Source: Mobula hypostoma (taxonomy: Eukaryota). From it: a stretch of 64,000 nucleotides of DNA. The translations under genes were made by a program, and so were the position numbers. The stretch is from assembly GCF_963921235.1 (NCBI RefSeq), contig NC_086108.1:31932001-31996000 (forward strand), in the 5' to 3' direction. The notes beneath the pieces were generated by a model, which searched no databases, had not been told where the DNA came from, and saw nothing but the letters and a program-made list of their open reading frames with translations. Positions 10,140-22,486 of the stretch are shown here, one piece after another (positions within the stretch are counted from its first letter, which is position 1; each line of letters opens with the position of its first letter).

Positions 10140-11175
10140 AAGAGAGATAATGAAGCTATGACTAAGGGGAAGGTACTTGGGAAGCTGAAAGGTCTGAAGG
10201 TAGATAAGTCACCTGGACCAGATGTACAACCCAGGGTTCTATAAGAGGTAGCTGAAAAGACTGTCACCTCAGCCCTATCACCCAGTTTCCCATCCCCCAA
10301 CAAAATTAGTTTAAACTCTCCCCAACGGCTCTCGCTGAAGAGACAGTGGAGAATGATCTCTCTGGAATCACTAGAATCTGCAAGGTTTTGGAAGACTGGA
10401 AAATTGCAAATGTCACTCCACTCTTCAAGAAGGAAGGGAGGCAGAAGGAAGGAGGTTATAGGCCAGTTAGCCTGAACTCAGTGGTTGAAAGATGTTGGAG
10501 TTGATTGTTTCGGATGAGGTTTTGGGGTGTTTGGAGGCAAATGATAACAAAGGCCAAAGTCAGCATGGTTTCTTTAAGAGAAAATCTTGCTTGACATATC
10601 TGCTGGAATTCTTTGAGGAAGTAACAAGCAAGAGAGAAAAAAGGAGAATTGGTGGATATTGTGTACTTGGATTTTCAGAATTCCTTGACAAGGTGCCACA
10701 CTTGAGGCTGCTTATCAAGATAAAAGCCCACGGTATTAAAGGAAAGATACTAGCATAGATAGTGGATTGGCTGATTTGCAGGAAGCAAAGTGTACGAATA
10801 AAAGGAGATTTTTCTGACTGGCTGCCAGTGACTAGTGGTGTTCCACAAGGGTCAGTGTTGGGACTGCTTCTTTTCACATTTTATGTCAATGATTTGGATG
10901 ATGGAATCGATGGCTTTGTGGCCAAGTTTATGGATGATATGAAGATGGGCGGAGGGGCAGGAGGTGTTGAGGAAGCAGGGAGGCTGTAGAAGGAGTTAGA
11001 CAGATTACGAGAATGGGCAAAGAAGAGGGAGATGAAATAGATTGTCAGGATGTGCATGGTCATGTACTTTGGTAGAAGAATAAATGCTTAGGCTTTTCTA
11101 AACTGGGAGAAAATTCAAAAATCCAAGGTGCTAATGGATTCGGAAGTCCTTGTGCAGGATTCCCAAAAGATTAAC
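10140..11175 (+). mobile_element. Degraded CR1 LINE fragment (RT)
   Basis: DKSPGPD, EDWKIANVTPLFKK, SQHGFFKRKSCLTYLLEFFEEVT, VTSGVPQGSVLG, AKFMDD. Confidence 0.9.
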
Positions 11176-13726
11176 CATAAGACCATAAGACATAGGAGCA
11201 GAATTAGCCCATCTGGCCTCTCAAGTCTGCTCCACCATTTAATCACAGCTAACCCTTTCTTCCCCTCCTCAGCCCCACTCCCCTGCATCTCCCCATAACT
11301 TTTAATGCTGTGTCAGATGAAGAACTGATCAAACTCTGCCTTAAATACACGCAACAACCTGGCCTCCACAGCTGCCTGTGGTAATAATTTCCACAAATTC
11401 ACCACCCCCTGGCTAAAGAAATTTCTTCTTATCTTCGTTTCTGTTGTAAGTGGAGGCCCCTTTATCCTGAGGCTGTGCGCTCTTGTCCTAGACTCCCCCA
11501 CCATGGGAAACATCCTTTCCACATTCACTCTGTCTCAGCCTTTCAATATTTGAAGGGTTTCAATGAGATCTCCCCTCATCCTTCTAATTTCCAATGAGTA
11601 CAGACCCAGAGCCATCAAACGTCCCTCATATGATAAACTTTCATTCCCAGAATCATCCTTGTGAACCTCCTCTGAACCCTCTCCAATGCCAGCACATCTT
11701 TTCTTACATGAGCAGCCCAAAACTGTTCACAATACTCAAGGTGAGGCCCCACCAATGTCTTGTAAAGCCTCAGCATCACATCCATGCTCTTGATTTCTAA
11801 ACCTCTTGAAATGAATGCTAACATTGCACTTGCCTTCCTCACCACTGACTCTACCTGCAAGTTAACCTTTAGGGTGGTCTGCACAAGGACTCCCAAGTCC
11901 CTTTTCTTCTCAGATTTTTGGATTTTCTCCCCATTTAGAAAATAGTCCACACATTTATTTCTACCCAGTGCATGACTAAGCATTTTCCAACATTGTATTT
12001 CATTTGCCACTTTCTTACCCATTCTCCTAATCTGTCTAAGTCCCTCTGCAGCCTACATGTTTCCTGAACTCTACCTGCCCCTCCACCAATCTTCATATAA
12101 TCTGCAAACTTGGCAACAAAACCATCTATTCCATCACCTAAATCATGAATATACAGCATAAAAAGTCCCAACACCGATCCCTATAGAACACCACTCGTCA
12201 CTGGCAGCCAACCAGAAAATAATCCTTTTATTCCCGCATGCTGCCTCCTACCAATCAGCCAATATTCTGACCATGTTAGTAACTTTCCTGTAATACCATG
12301 GGCTCTTAACTTGGCAACCTCTAAACAGCCTCATGTGTGACACCTTGTCAAAGGCTTCTGAAAGTCCAAATATACAACATCCACTGCATCCACTTTATCC
12401 ATCCTACTTGTAATCTCCTCAAAGACTTCCAACAGGTTCATCAGGCAAGATTTTCCCTTAAGCAAGCCATGCTGACCTTGTCCTATCTTGTCCTGTATCA
12501 CCAAGTACTCCATAACTTCATCCTTAAAAATTGATTCCAACATCTTCCCAGCTACTGAGGTCAGGCTAACTGGTCTACAATTTCCTTTCTGCTGCCTTCC
12601 TTCTTTCCTAAAGAGTGGAGTGACATTTGCAATTTTCCAGTCCTCTGGCACCAGAGTCCAATGATTTTTGAAATATCATTACAAATGCCTCCTCAATCTC
12701 TGCCATTACCCCTATCAGAACCCTAGGGTGCAGTTCATCAGGCCTGGGTAACATATGCACCCTTAGGTCTTCCAGCTTTTTGAGCACCTTCTCCCTTTTT
12801 AATAGTAACTACACTCACTTCTCTTCCCTCATACCCTTCAACATCTGGCACTCTACTAATGGCTTCCACAGTGATGACAGATGCAAACTACTCATTTAGT
12901 TCATCTGCCAACTCCTTGGTCCCCGTTGTTATTTCTATGGCCTCATTTTCTAGTGGTCCAATATCCTCGCTCATCTCTCTTATATTGTTACATACTTGAA
13001 AACGCTTTTATTATCCACTTTGATATTATTTGCTAGGTTGCTTTCGTACTTCATCTTTTCCCCCCTAAAGATTCTTTTAGTTGCTGTCAGTAGGATTTTA
13101 AAAGCTTCCCAATCCTCTGTCTCTCCACTAAATTTTGCTTTATTGTTTGCCCTTTCTTTTACTTTTACATTAGCTTTGACTTCCCTTGTCAGCCACAGTT
13201 GTATTATTTTGCCATTGGAGTATCTCTTTGTTTTTGGAATATATCTATCCTGCACTTTCCTCCTTTTTCCTAGAAACTCATGCTATTGCTGCTCTGCTGT
13301 CATCCCTGCCAGAATCTCCTTCCAATTTACTATGGCCAACTCCTCTCTCATACCATGTAATTTCCATTACTTCTCTGAAATACTGCTATGTCAGACTTTA
13401 CTTTCTCTATCACATTTCAAGTTGAACTTAATCATATTGTGATCACTGTCTCCTAAGGGTTCTTTTACCTTAAGCTTCCTAATCACCTGCAGTTCATTAC
13501 ATAACACCGAATCCAGTTTCGCTGATTCCCTAGTAGGCTCAATGACAAACTGCTCTAAAAATCTATCTCGTAGACATTCAACAAATTCACTCTCTCCATT
13601 TCCAACCTGATTTTCCCAATTGACCGGCATGTTGAAATCTCCCATGACTGTCATAGCATTGAACTTTTGACATGTCTTTTCTATATCCTGTTGTAATCTG
13701 TGGTCCACGTCCCAGTTACTGCATCC
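11176..13726 (-). mobile_element. CR1 LINE, ~2.55 kb, endonuclease C-terminal part to 3' tail
   Basis: VMGDFNMPVNW, PLGDSDHNMIKF (APE), EDWKIANVTPLFRK, AKFAD, PHLEYCEQFW; (TCTTATGG)n tail near 11176. Confidence 0.92.
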
Positions 13727-13988
13727 TAGCACATTTATTTTTCAATGTAGTCCCCTCCTACATTTACACACTTAGTCCAGCGGTCGTGGAGCATACGGAT
13801 CTCTTCTTTGTAGGAGTTGGCATCTTGGACCTCCAGAAGTGGTCCACAGCAGGGGTGATTGATAAGTTGTTCGTGTAACTTCAAACTTTCTGCATAATCA
13901 CTCAACGAGTTGAACTGCACGTGCATGTAACGAGAGCTGTATAACATCTCCTTCTACCTTAGGCCACGAACTTATCAATCACCCCTCG
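13727..13988 (-). mobile_element. Mariner-derived MITE (same family as 5237-5567), one end truncated
   Basis: TIR ...CTTATCAATCACCCCTCG|TA at 13988; YKEEIRMLHDRWTKCVNVGGDYIEK. Confidence 0.9.
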
Positions 13989-13990
13989 TA

Positions 13991-14475
13991 TGTTCAGTTC
14001 TGGACGCCATACTCTAGGAAGGATGTGATTGCACTGCAGAGAATACAGAGCAGATCCACCAGCTCATGGCCTATATGGGAGGACTTTAGCTATGTGGAGA
14101 GATTGGAAAGGCTGGGTTTGTTTTCCCTTGAATAAAATCGGCTCAGGGATTACCCAAAATGTATAAAATTGTAAGAGACATAGATAGGGTAATTAGTCAG
14201 AATCTTTTTTCAATGGCAGGCTTATCAAAATCAAGAAGCATAGGTTTAAGGTGAGAGGAAAGAGTTTTAAAAGTGATTTGAGGGAAATGCGTTTTACACA
14301 ATCGGTGACTGATACCTGATATGTGCTGTTGGAGAAGTGGGTGGTTAGGTATGTACGTTCACTAAATTTATGTCACATTTAGAGACACAATTGAATAGTC
14401 AAAGCAGAGAGGAATGCAGACAAATGAGATTTGTGTGGATGTGATAAGCTGAAGGATCTGTTTCTGTGACTCTAT
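13991..14475 (+). mobile_element. Old CR1 3' fragment
   Basis: VQFWTPYSRKDVIALQRIQSRST, ERLERLGLFSLE, SRSIGLKVRG-like segment, CR1-type tail. Confidence 0.8.
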
Positions 14476-15055
14476 GATGATGTTAGTTGCTGTTTATCTG
14501 GAATTTGTGACAGTTGTTGTAAATCTGCCTTGGAACCAAAGAATAAATGTTCCCAATTCTGACAAATGCACGGCACCCTTAAATATCAATTAAATTGGAA
14601 AAAGTATTCTATATCAATCATCCCTGTAACGTAGCTTGGATATGCCTGATGATTGATACTGGTCGTATGAACTAATGGATGCGGTCAGATAGTTGTCGGC
14701 GGAAATATCTAATCCTTCCTCTTTCAGAGGCAGGTGTCAAAATTCACCAGTTCCGGCATCAAGTTCAATGTGCTGACCAAACTTTAGGAAATCCCAGCTC
14801 AGATTGCAGCAACATTCTGGAAATACTCGGTAGCAGATAGTGTGAGGAAATTTACAGGATACATTAGCATAAATATCAGATAGAGGATACTTTCACTGGC
14901 TGTTTATTTTTAGTCTGATAATTAATCTGAAGCGAACTTATAACCTTAAAAATGATGCCTATGTATGAATCATGCCAAATATTTATGAACTTGTTGTATT
15001 CGAAGTTAGTATTCCATAAATCGGACCCAAAATAATGTCCATGTGCATTTTATTT

Positions 15056-15777
15056 CTTTCTTTCTCAATCTTTTTATTAATTTCAAAATACAGAAACAGA
15101 ACATAACCATAATACAAATAGAAGGAGATGTAATGTTACACTTAAAAAAATTAATTGCAAAACCAAGTAGTGGAAATTAACAAAGCTCCCAAACATGTAG
15201 AACTAACCACGAATAATACAAAATAAAAAAAACTGGGAAAAAAATGAAAAAGGAAAAAAAACAAATCAAAAACAAACCCCATCCCCAAAGAAAAACAAAA
15301 TTAATCAACTAACCTAAAAGACTTGGGCAAAACTAACAACTTAAAAATGGAAAAGAAGAAAACCTTAGTGTGGACGACTCCATTCCCCTCCAACAACAGT
15401 ACAGGGAGATAAAACAAGTTTGGAAATGATCAAATTACATCATATGAAAATGCTGAATGAATGGCCTCCAAGTTTTTTCAAACTTAATAGAAGGGTCATA
15501 AACTGCACTTCTAATTTTCTCCAAATTCAAACACACCATAGTTTGTGAAAACCAATGAAATACAGTAGGAGGATTGATCTCTTTCCAATTCAACAAAATA
15601 GACCTTCTAGCTATTAAAGTAAGAAATGCAATCATCCTTCGTGATGAAGAGGTTAAATTATTTAAGTCTATCATTGGTAGTCCAAAGATAGCAGTAATTG
15701 GATGAGGTTGTAAGTCTATGTTTAGGACCATTGAAATAATATCGAAAATATCTTTCCAAGATTTCTCCAACAAGGGA
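15056..15777 (-). mobile_element. L1/Tx1-clade LINE 3' end
   Basis: PHPITAIFG...LIARRSILLNWK...PPTVFHW...LNLEKIR...KFEKTWRPF; AATAAA plus A-rich tail; 10-bp TSD CATTTTATTT at 15046-15055 and 15778-15787. Confidence 0.9.
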
Positions 15778-17599
15778 CATTTTATTTAATCAGATTCCTC
15801 ATGCAGATTTTAAGACCCAGTTAGGTCTATGGAATTGTCGGGGCATTTCATAAAAAGCAAATTTCCCTGACGGGCGTTCATACATTCTTGAATTAAAATC
15901 AACTGATGTGTGCAAATTGAAATAGACATCAGGCTAAGGAAAGGGATAATGGGATTAGTGAAGATTACTGTTGCTATCTTTGTTTTATGTCCGGTCTGTG
16001 TCATTCAGTTTCACTCAATAATTTGCCAATGAGGGTCAGCATAGTTTCAGATCTGAGACAGCTGCAATTTATACTATCATCCTTGTCCCAGGAATAAGTA
16101 TTTATTTCCAAAAGTATAACAAGTGAACCCCATTAATTTAGTTTAATCTATTGTTACAAGATCCTTGCAAGTTTTAAATCTGGTTATAAAAAATAATATA
16201 TTATTTGGATTTTAAGGGATCAAATTCTTTGTCCAAGATTAGGGGTTCCCCAGATGTCAGAGCACAGCTGATTTATGACGACGGGGACAAACAGTACTTT
16301 TGTAAACATAACCTTGAACTCTATTATGGCAATTAAAGTAGCAATGTGCAGCAGTATATAACTGAAACAAACACACAGCAGTTCAAGCAACTATTCATGC
16401 ATAGAGTCCATAAATGAGAGTGTTGCTGTTTTGAAGAACAATGGCTTCATTGTTATGTTGTCTGTAATAATTTGCTCTGGTTTGAAGTGAAGTAAATTTC
16501 TGTCAATGTGATGGTTAAATTATTCGGCATTTTATCCAGGCACTTGCAGTTTTGCAATGAAGCTTAACTATCATCTCACATCAGGACTGCTCTCAATACC
16601 ATTACTTTTTTAAAATTGTAATGTAATAAGATTTATTCTATTCTATTGATTTGGAAACTTAATCATTATCTTCAAGTAAGCTGATGCCTATTCAAAATGA
16701 TCCATTCACCGTTGGAAAGAATTGGAACAAATACCTGGTTTCTGTGGATGAGTGCCAGAGCACTAACCATCATTAACAATTGAATTTTTGATCTGAATTA
16801 CATTGATGCCTGCATTCAGTGATCTTTTGACAAGACTGGTGGAGGTTTCCAGCATCCAACCTAACACCATGAGGTGGAATGAGTGAATGGTCTCTCTTGA
16901 CAAGGTACAAAGTGGTTTGTGAAGTGGTACAGTTCAAGTGGTCAGCAACTGTGGCTTGTACGATCAGTTCTTTAATTCATCCGTCCATATGAATAAAGAA
17001 GATTGCTTCAATCAGGGAAGAGCAAAGTGTTCTGCAAGCCACCCTTCTTGTAGTTCTTCTAATAATCAATTGCACATAGTCTGATAATTAAATGGGAGAT
17101 CAAAGTGGACAGACATATCATTCTGATCTCCCATCGAAGATGAGGGTGCTACCCCTATGTCATAAAATCATTCACGGGGTTCTCAGTGGGGAGTCTTCAA
17201 TGACCTATGGGTCTCTGAAGCTTTCGAGAGATCACAATCCTCCTTGAAACTACCTTATCTGTTTAGAGGAAATTGTCGGTAGTATTCAAACTGGGAATCT
17301 AGAGGTGATTGCCTCATGCCAGAAGTATTCAGTTCTTCAAAACCATGAAGCACCACATTAGGGTACTTTAATAACTATTACAAGATACAAAGAGTAGCAT
17401 TTGTGCCTGAAGCATATTGACTGGAGCTCAAACGTTCTTGCCTGAGAGCTGAAGATGGTTGCATGGGTCACAGAACTGCTCTTCTTACCTGCCATCTGAC
17501 AGCTTGCATCTCACTGTTTTTTTTAAATCCCAGGATGAACTTGCAACTAGTTGTCTATGTCATCGATAAGATTGCCTTAAGAAAGTCAAGGAGATGTAG

Positions 17600-17870
17600 C
17601 ACATTTCAGCCACAAGGTCAATCCTGACCATCAACCACCCATTTATGCGAATCCTACTCTAGAATACATTCTCATCAATTCAAAGGTTCTACCACTCACC
17701 AATACACTTGGGAAAATTTTACAGCGGCCAATTAATCTACGAACCTGAATATTTTTGGGATGCGGGAGGAATCTGGAGGAAACCCACAAGATCATGCAAA
17801 CTCCACACAGAGAACCTGGGTCTCCAGAATTGTGGAGCACCAGCTCCACTACTCGTACCTCTGCCCTACC
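17600..17870 (-). mobile_element. tRNA-derived V-core-type SINE
   Basis: Minus strand TGTGTGGAGTTTGCATG...GGGTTTCCTCC...TTCCTCCCGCATCCCAAA...TTAATTGGCCGCTGTAAA core, shared with other SINEs in the window. Confidence 0.75.
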
Positions 17871-18149
17871 CTTAATATGGAGCAACTTGTCCTTTACCTC
17901 ATGACATGTGCTACCAGAGCCCTCATCCTTTATGCTCAGACTTCTGTCCCTACTAGGCTTGCTTCACACACCCTGCACTGAATCTGCGGTCCAGTACGAT
18001 GATGGGGTCCCGCTTCTGGAGCTCACCAACTGGTTCAGCATTCTTGATGTCTCCAGGAGCAGCCTGGAAGACATATGCCTTTGGGGGTACAGCTTCGGTT
18101 GGTGCCTGTGGACGACTCGATTCCTTGCCAGGGTTGCCAACTGAAACGC

Positions 18150-18698
18150 CATGGAGATTGGAACATCAAGACAATGGGTGTGGCTATTGAAGGCCTCTGT
18201 ACTCAGACGATCACCCTCTTTCTCCCGCTCAGTGGGGGTGGGGGGGAAGAATCTGCTGGTTCTCGAGTTGGGTAAGTTCAAGTAAGCGTCGCTTCAGATT
18301 GTAACACGGAAACGGTGATCTGTCCCTCTCACTCTTGCTGTGGAAAGGGTGATACCTCTCTGCCCCTTGCTCGTGAGAGAGTGAGAGCTTGTGGCATGTC
18401 AAAGTGCTGGGTTTTTGTAGTTCTTGTTGTTCTGCAGATCATGGACTATCTTTAGGGGCTTGCTATTGCTTGCTCGGTGGGTGATGGGTGCTGATGGTTC
18501 CTGGAACAAGTGGGGGAAGGGGAGGGTTAATGCTTTGCTGCTGCTTGTGTATGGGAGTGGGGGAGTGGGTCTTTGGGGTTCTAACAATTTTCTGTCATTC
18601 ATTCTTTTGGATTTTCATTTGTTTCATGGATGTTTGCGAAGAGTAAGAATTTCAGGTTGTACACTGTATACATCCTCTGATACTAAATGAAACCATTG
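18150..18698 (+). mobile_element. Non-coding retroposon with GT-rich body and Rex1-like 3' end
   Basis: Ends ...AAGAATTTCAGGTTGTACACTGTATACAT...ACTAAATGAA, resembling the 3' end at 46480-46550; no coding capacity. Confidence 0.55.
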
Positions 18699-18929
18699 AG
18701 AAAGAGAGAGAGAAAGACAAAGAAAGAGAAAGAGAAAGAAATAAAGAGAGGGAGAGGGACAAAGAAGGAGGGAAAGGGGAGAGTGGGAGAGAGAGAAAGA
18801 AAGAGAGAGAGAGAAGGGGAGCAGGAGAGAGAAGTAGAGAGAAAAAGATAGAGAAAGAGGAGGACGGAAAGAGAGGGAGAGGAAGAGGGAGGGGAAGGGA
18901 GAAAGGGAGAGAGAGAGAAAGAAAAAAAA
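18698..18929 (+). repeat. Polypurine (GA-rich) low-complexity tract, ~230 bp
   Basis: Almost exclusively A/G on the plus strand. Confidence 0.95.
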
Positions 18930-18993
18930 CCTGATTCTGCTATTGATGGAATGACTGTCAGTCTGTAGAAAACAATAACTTTGTACTCTAGTG

Positions 18994-21176
18994 CAGCCAT
19001 TCTCAATGGGGGCCCTGCCACACTTGAAGGGGACCACCGACTGAAAACTGTGAGAAGGGGAGCCCCAAGGGTTTAAGGGGGCCCTGGTAACTGAACCGAA
19101 GAAATACCCAAGCAGCAACCTTCGTTGGAGTCAATAGCTTCCCTCCTATTTATAATCTGTTTCCAACACACAGTTTGAATTCAGTGCACCTGGTAAATTC
19201 ATTGCTTCAGCTCCTTCCACACAGCCTCACTTCAGAGTCAGTCGCGAATAAGACTGCACCAGGTCAACGTATTCAGTCAAGGGTTCTCACATCCATTATC
19301 GCCATACTTCATTCTCCGAAGATCAGCGTGTCTTGCTAGGCCTTTTTTAGTCTAGTAACTTTAAAGTATATGTGGTTGGATATATTATACGTTAAGGTAG
19401 GTTGTGAAAAGTGTTTATTACTGCATATGAAGTCACTGAAAAAAGAAATCCCTGGCTCCAGGTGATAGCATTTTTTGTCAGTAATGTATCTGTATTTTGC
19501 ATGCTTATTATTTTCAGAAATAATTCTACCCATGAGTTCCTTGGCGAAAAAAATGTGTCAGCAGTATTCAGTGGAATACTTATCGTATGGTTTCATCGCA
19601 TCTCCGCAAAACCCATCTTTGCCCATGTGTTTAAACCGCATGACTACATTGTCAAATGAAAGCATGAGGCCAAGCAAATTGAAAAAAACATTTGGATACC
19701 TCGCATCCAGAGAAGAAGGATGAACACTTAGATTTCTTCAAAAACCTTCGAGATAATTTTGAGAGAAGGCCAATGCTGAAACAAATGCTTACTCAAACGT
19801 CGCAGAAATTAGAGGAGGGTCTTGTTGCATCATACAAAATTAGTAAACTGATTGCTAAAACTGAAAATGCTCACAACATTGGCGAGTCACTTATCCTGCC
19901 TTCAGTGTCCTTAATAATATCTTATGTCATGAATCTGAGTGCCAAAGAAATAATTCAGGCAATTCCTTTCAGTAATTCTACTGTTGCCAGAAGAATCGAT
20001 GAGAAGGCACGGGACATTGAAGAGGGATTGGTCAGTTCATTACAATCCATGAAATTCTCTTTACAATTAGATGAAACTACTCTACAAGATAACGATGCTC
20101 TTCTCATGGCTTATGTGAGATTCTGGAACGGAAACGAACTGATGGAAAAGATGTTGTTTGCCTGGAGGATTAAAACGGGTACTAAGGGACTGTCTATTTT
20201 TGAAGAAATGAAATGTTACTTAAACGAGAACAATATTCCAATGGAGAATATAATTGCTTGTGCAACTGATGGTGCTGCTTCTATGGTTGGTCGATACAGA
20301 GGATTCATCGCCCATCTAAAAAGAGTTATACCTTCTGTCTTTACAATTCATTGCATCATTCACAGGGGGAGCACCTAGCAGCTAAAAACTTAGGAGAATG
20401 TCTCAATCTTTTGCTTTCAGTTGTCTTAAAGGCTGTAAACTTCATCAAATCCCATGCCCTTCAGGATCGTCTTTTCTGGCAGCTGTGTGAAGAAAATGAT
20501 GAAGACTTCCGGACGCTGCTGCTGCATACTGAGGTGAGGTGGCTTTCCAAGGGTTTATGTGAAACATCTCAAGCAGATACACAAGGATATGCAAGAAAGA
20601 TATAATGACCTGTTAAACCTCGGTGTCCCAGATTGGATTTTGAATCCATTTGAAGTACAACCTACCCAAGTTGAGGCAGAAGTTCAAGAGAGTTTGATTG
20701 ATCTTCAGAGTGATATAACTGCACATTGTCAGTTCAGTCAGTTTCAAAGAGTTTTGGATCAAGAGTGATCTGCCGAATAAATTTACAACACTGTGGGAAA
20801 AAGCCCAAAGATTTTTTATTGCCTTTCCCTCAACATATTTGGTTGAGAGCAGATTCTAAAAAGGTAGTTTCCTTGACAAAATCCAGGAACAGAATCGATA
20901 TTACAACCAGAGGTGACCTCCAACTGTCATTGTCTAATTTGGAGCCCGATATCATGAAACTTGCAGAAAAGCACCAAACTCAAGGATCACATTAGGCCTG
21001 ATAGATGTTTAATTTCATACAGACTTTTTAAAAGTTTTGAACAGTATGTCGGAGTTCAAATTTTCTTGGTGTTCAATAATAAATTATTTTCTGTCTATCT
21101 GTTTGTGTTGTATCCCTGTTGGAAAGGGTGTCCCTGAAACCTGAGAAGAGCTCCTACAAATGGTTGAGAATCACTG
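18994..21176 (+). mobile_element. hAT Buster/Charlie-type DNA transposon with both ends (2183 bp)
   Basis: TIRs CAGCCATTCTCAA / TTGAGAATCACTG; TSD CTCTAGTG (18986-93) vs CTCTGGTG (21177-84). Confidence 0.92.
19532..20995 (+). pseudogene. Buster-type hAT transposase (frameshifted, internally deleted)
   Basis: CQQYSVEYLSYGFI...SNESMRPSKLKKHLDTSHP (BED), FSLQLDETT, ACATDGAASM, IHCIIHR, LLLHTEVRWLSKG, KSRNRIDI...QGSH*. Confidence 0.92.
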
Positions 21177-21744
21177 CTCTGGTGCATTGAATCCACAGCT
21201 ATTTATAAGATGTCCCATTGATTTGGCCATGTTTGGTATGTGTGAGAGAAGAAAATAAACTATGATTTGTTAAGAAAAGACAACTATAAAAACAGCAAAT
21301 ATTTTAAAATCCTTGGATGATTTCAGCAGGGCATGTTGCACTGGTGTCTGCCTGCGAGAGTGTTTTACAAGAGGAAATTTTCTGGCTTTGCAGTTTGTGC
21401 TAATTAGACACTTTTTCTGATGATAAGAAGCTCTTGGTATATTGAACCTGAACTCTACAGTGCTCCTAGCATGGTGGTGACATTCATTCACTTTATCAAA
21501 CCCAGAACATCAAACTGCAGCTTTCTCATTTGTGACTGGTTTAGGAGCCAAAATCTCTTTCAGACGTGCAGAGGTGAGATGGTTTACTGGAGGTATATAT
21601 ATATATATCTGTTCTTGTCCCGAGGAAAGGACTATGGATATATTTCAGATACTTCATTTGAGAGTATTGACTTTGATCTAACTTGGTTGGGCACCATTCT
21701 GGCCTGTTCAACAAATGTAATACTTATTTTCCAGAATTTTACCT

Positions 21745-22478
21745 CTTTGTCTGGAGGCCTGTGACTAGTGGTGTGCCACAGGAATTGGCAACGAGTCCAT
21801 TGTTGCTTGTCATCTATATCCATGATGTGGACGATAATTTGGTAAACTGGCTCAGCAAATTCATGAATGACGCCAAGATTGGGATGTAGTGGACAGCAAG
21901 GAAGGCCTTCAAAGCTTGCAGTGTAATCTGGACAGCTAGAAAAATGTGCTGAAAAATGGCAGATGGAACTTAATGCAGGTAAGTGTGAGGTGTTGCCCTT
22001 TACATGATGAATTACACAGTGAGCAGTAGCGCACTGAGGAGTGTGGTAGAACAGAAGGACTGGGAATACAGACCCATAATTCCTTGAAAGTGGTGTCACA
22101 GGTAGTTAGGGTCATAAATAGAACTTCAGGCACATTTATCTTCAGAAACCAAATAATTGATTACAGGAGTTGGGATGTTATGTTGAAATTGTATAAGGCA
22201 TTGATGAGGCCAAATTCTGAGTATTGTATGCAGTCCTGGTCACCTACCTACAGGAAAGATGTCAATAAGATTGAAAGAGGACAGAGAAAATGCACAAGAA
22301 TACTGCCAGGACTTGAGGATCTGAGTTTCCGGGAAAGGTTGAATAGATTAGAACTTCATTCCTTGGAGTGTAGGCAAATGAGGGGAGATTGATGGAGATA
22401 TACAAAATTATGAGTGGTATAAATAAGGTAAATGCTTTTTCCACAGAAGTTGAATGAGACTAGAACTAGAGGTCATGC
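21745..22478 (+). mobile_element. Degraded CR1 fragment
   Basis: WRPVTSGVPQ, SKFMNDAKIG, LYKALMRPNSEYC, ERLNRLELHSLE. Confidence 0.85.
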
Positions 22479-22486
22479 ATTAATCA

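Noticed and set aside
16300..17100. Viral fusion-glycoprotein (env) remnant suggested by Cys-rich and hydrophobic fragments
   Set aside because: The fragments lie in different frames with no furin site or fusion peptide recognisable; kept only as part of the unexplained tract
17489..17575. Minus-strand exon suggested by a CAG|GTAAGA donor
   Set aside because: All three frames contain stops between the nearest acceptor and the donor
18624..19118. 164-aa and 112-aa Ser/Leu/Phe-rich ORFs
   Set aside because: Translation of the GA/CT low-complexity tract, which lacks stop codons
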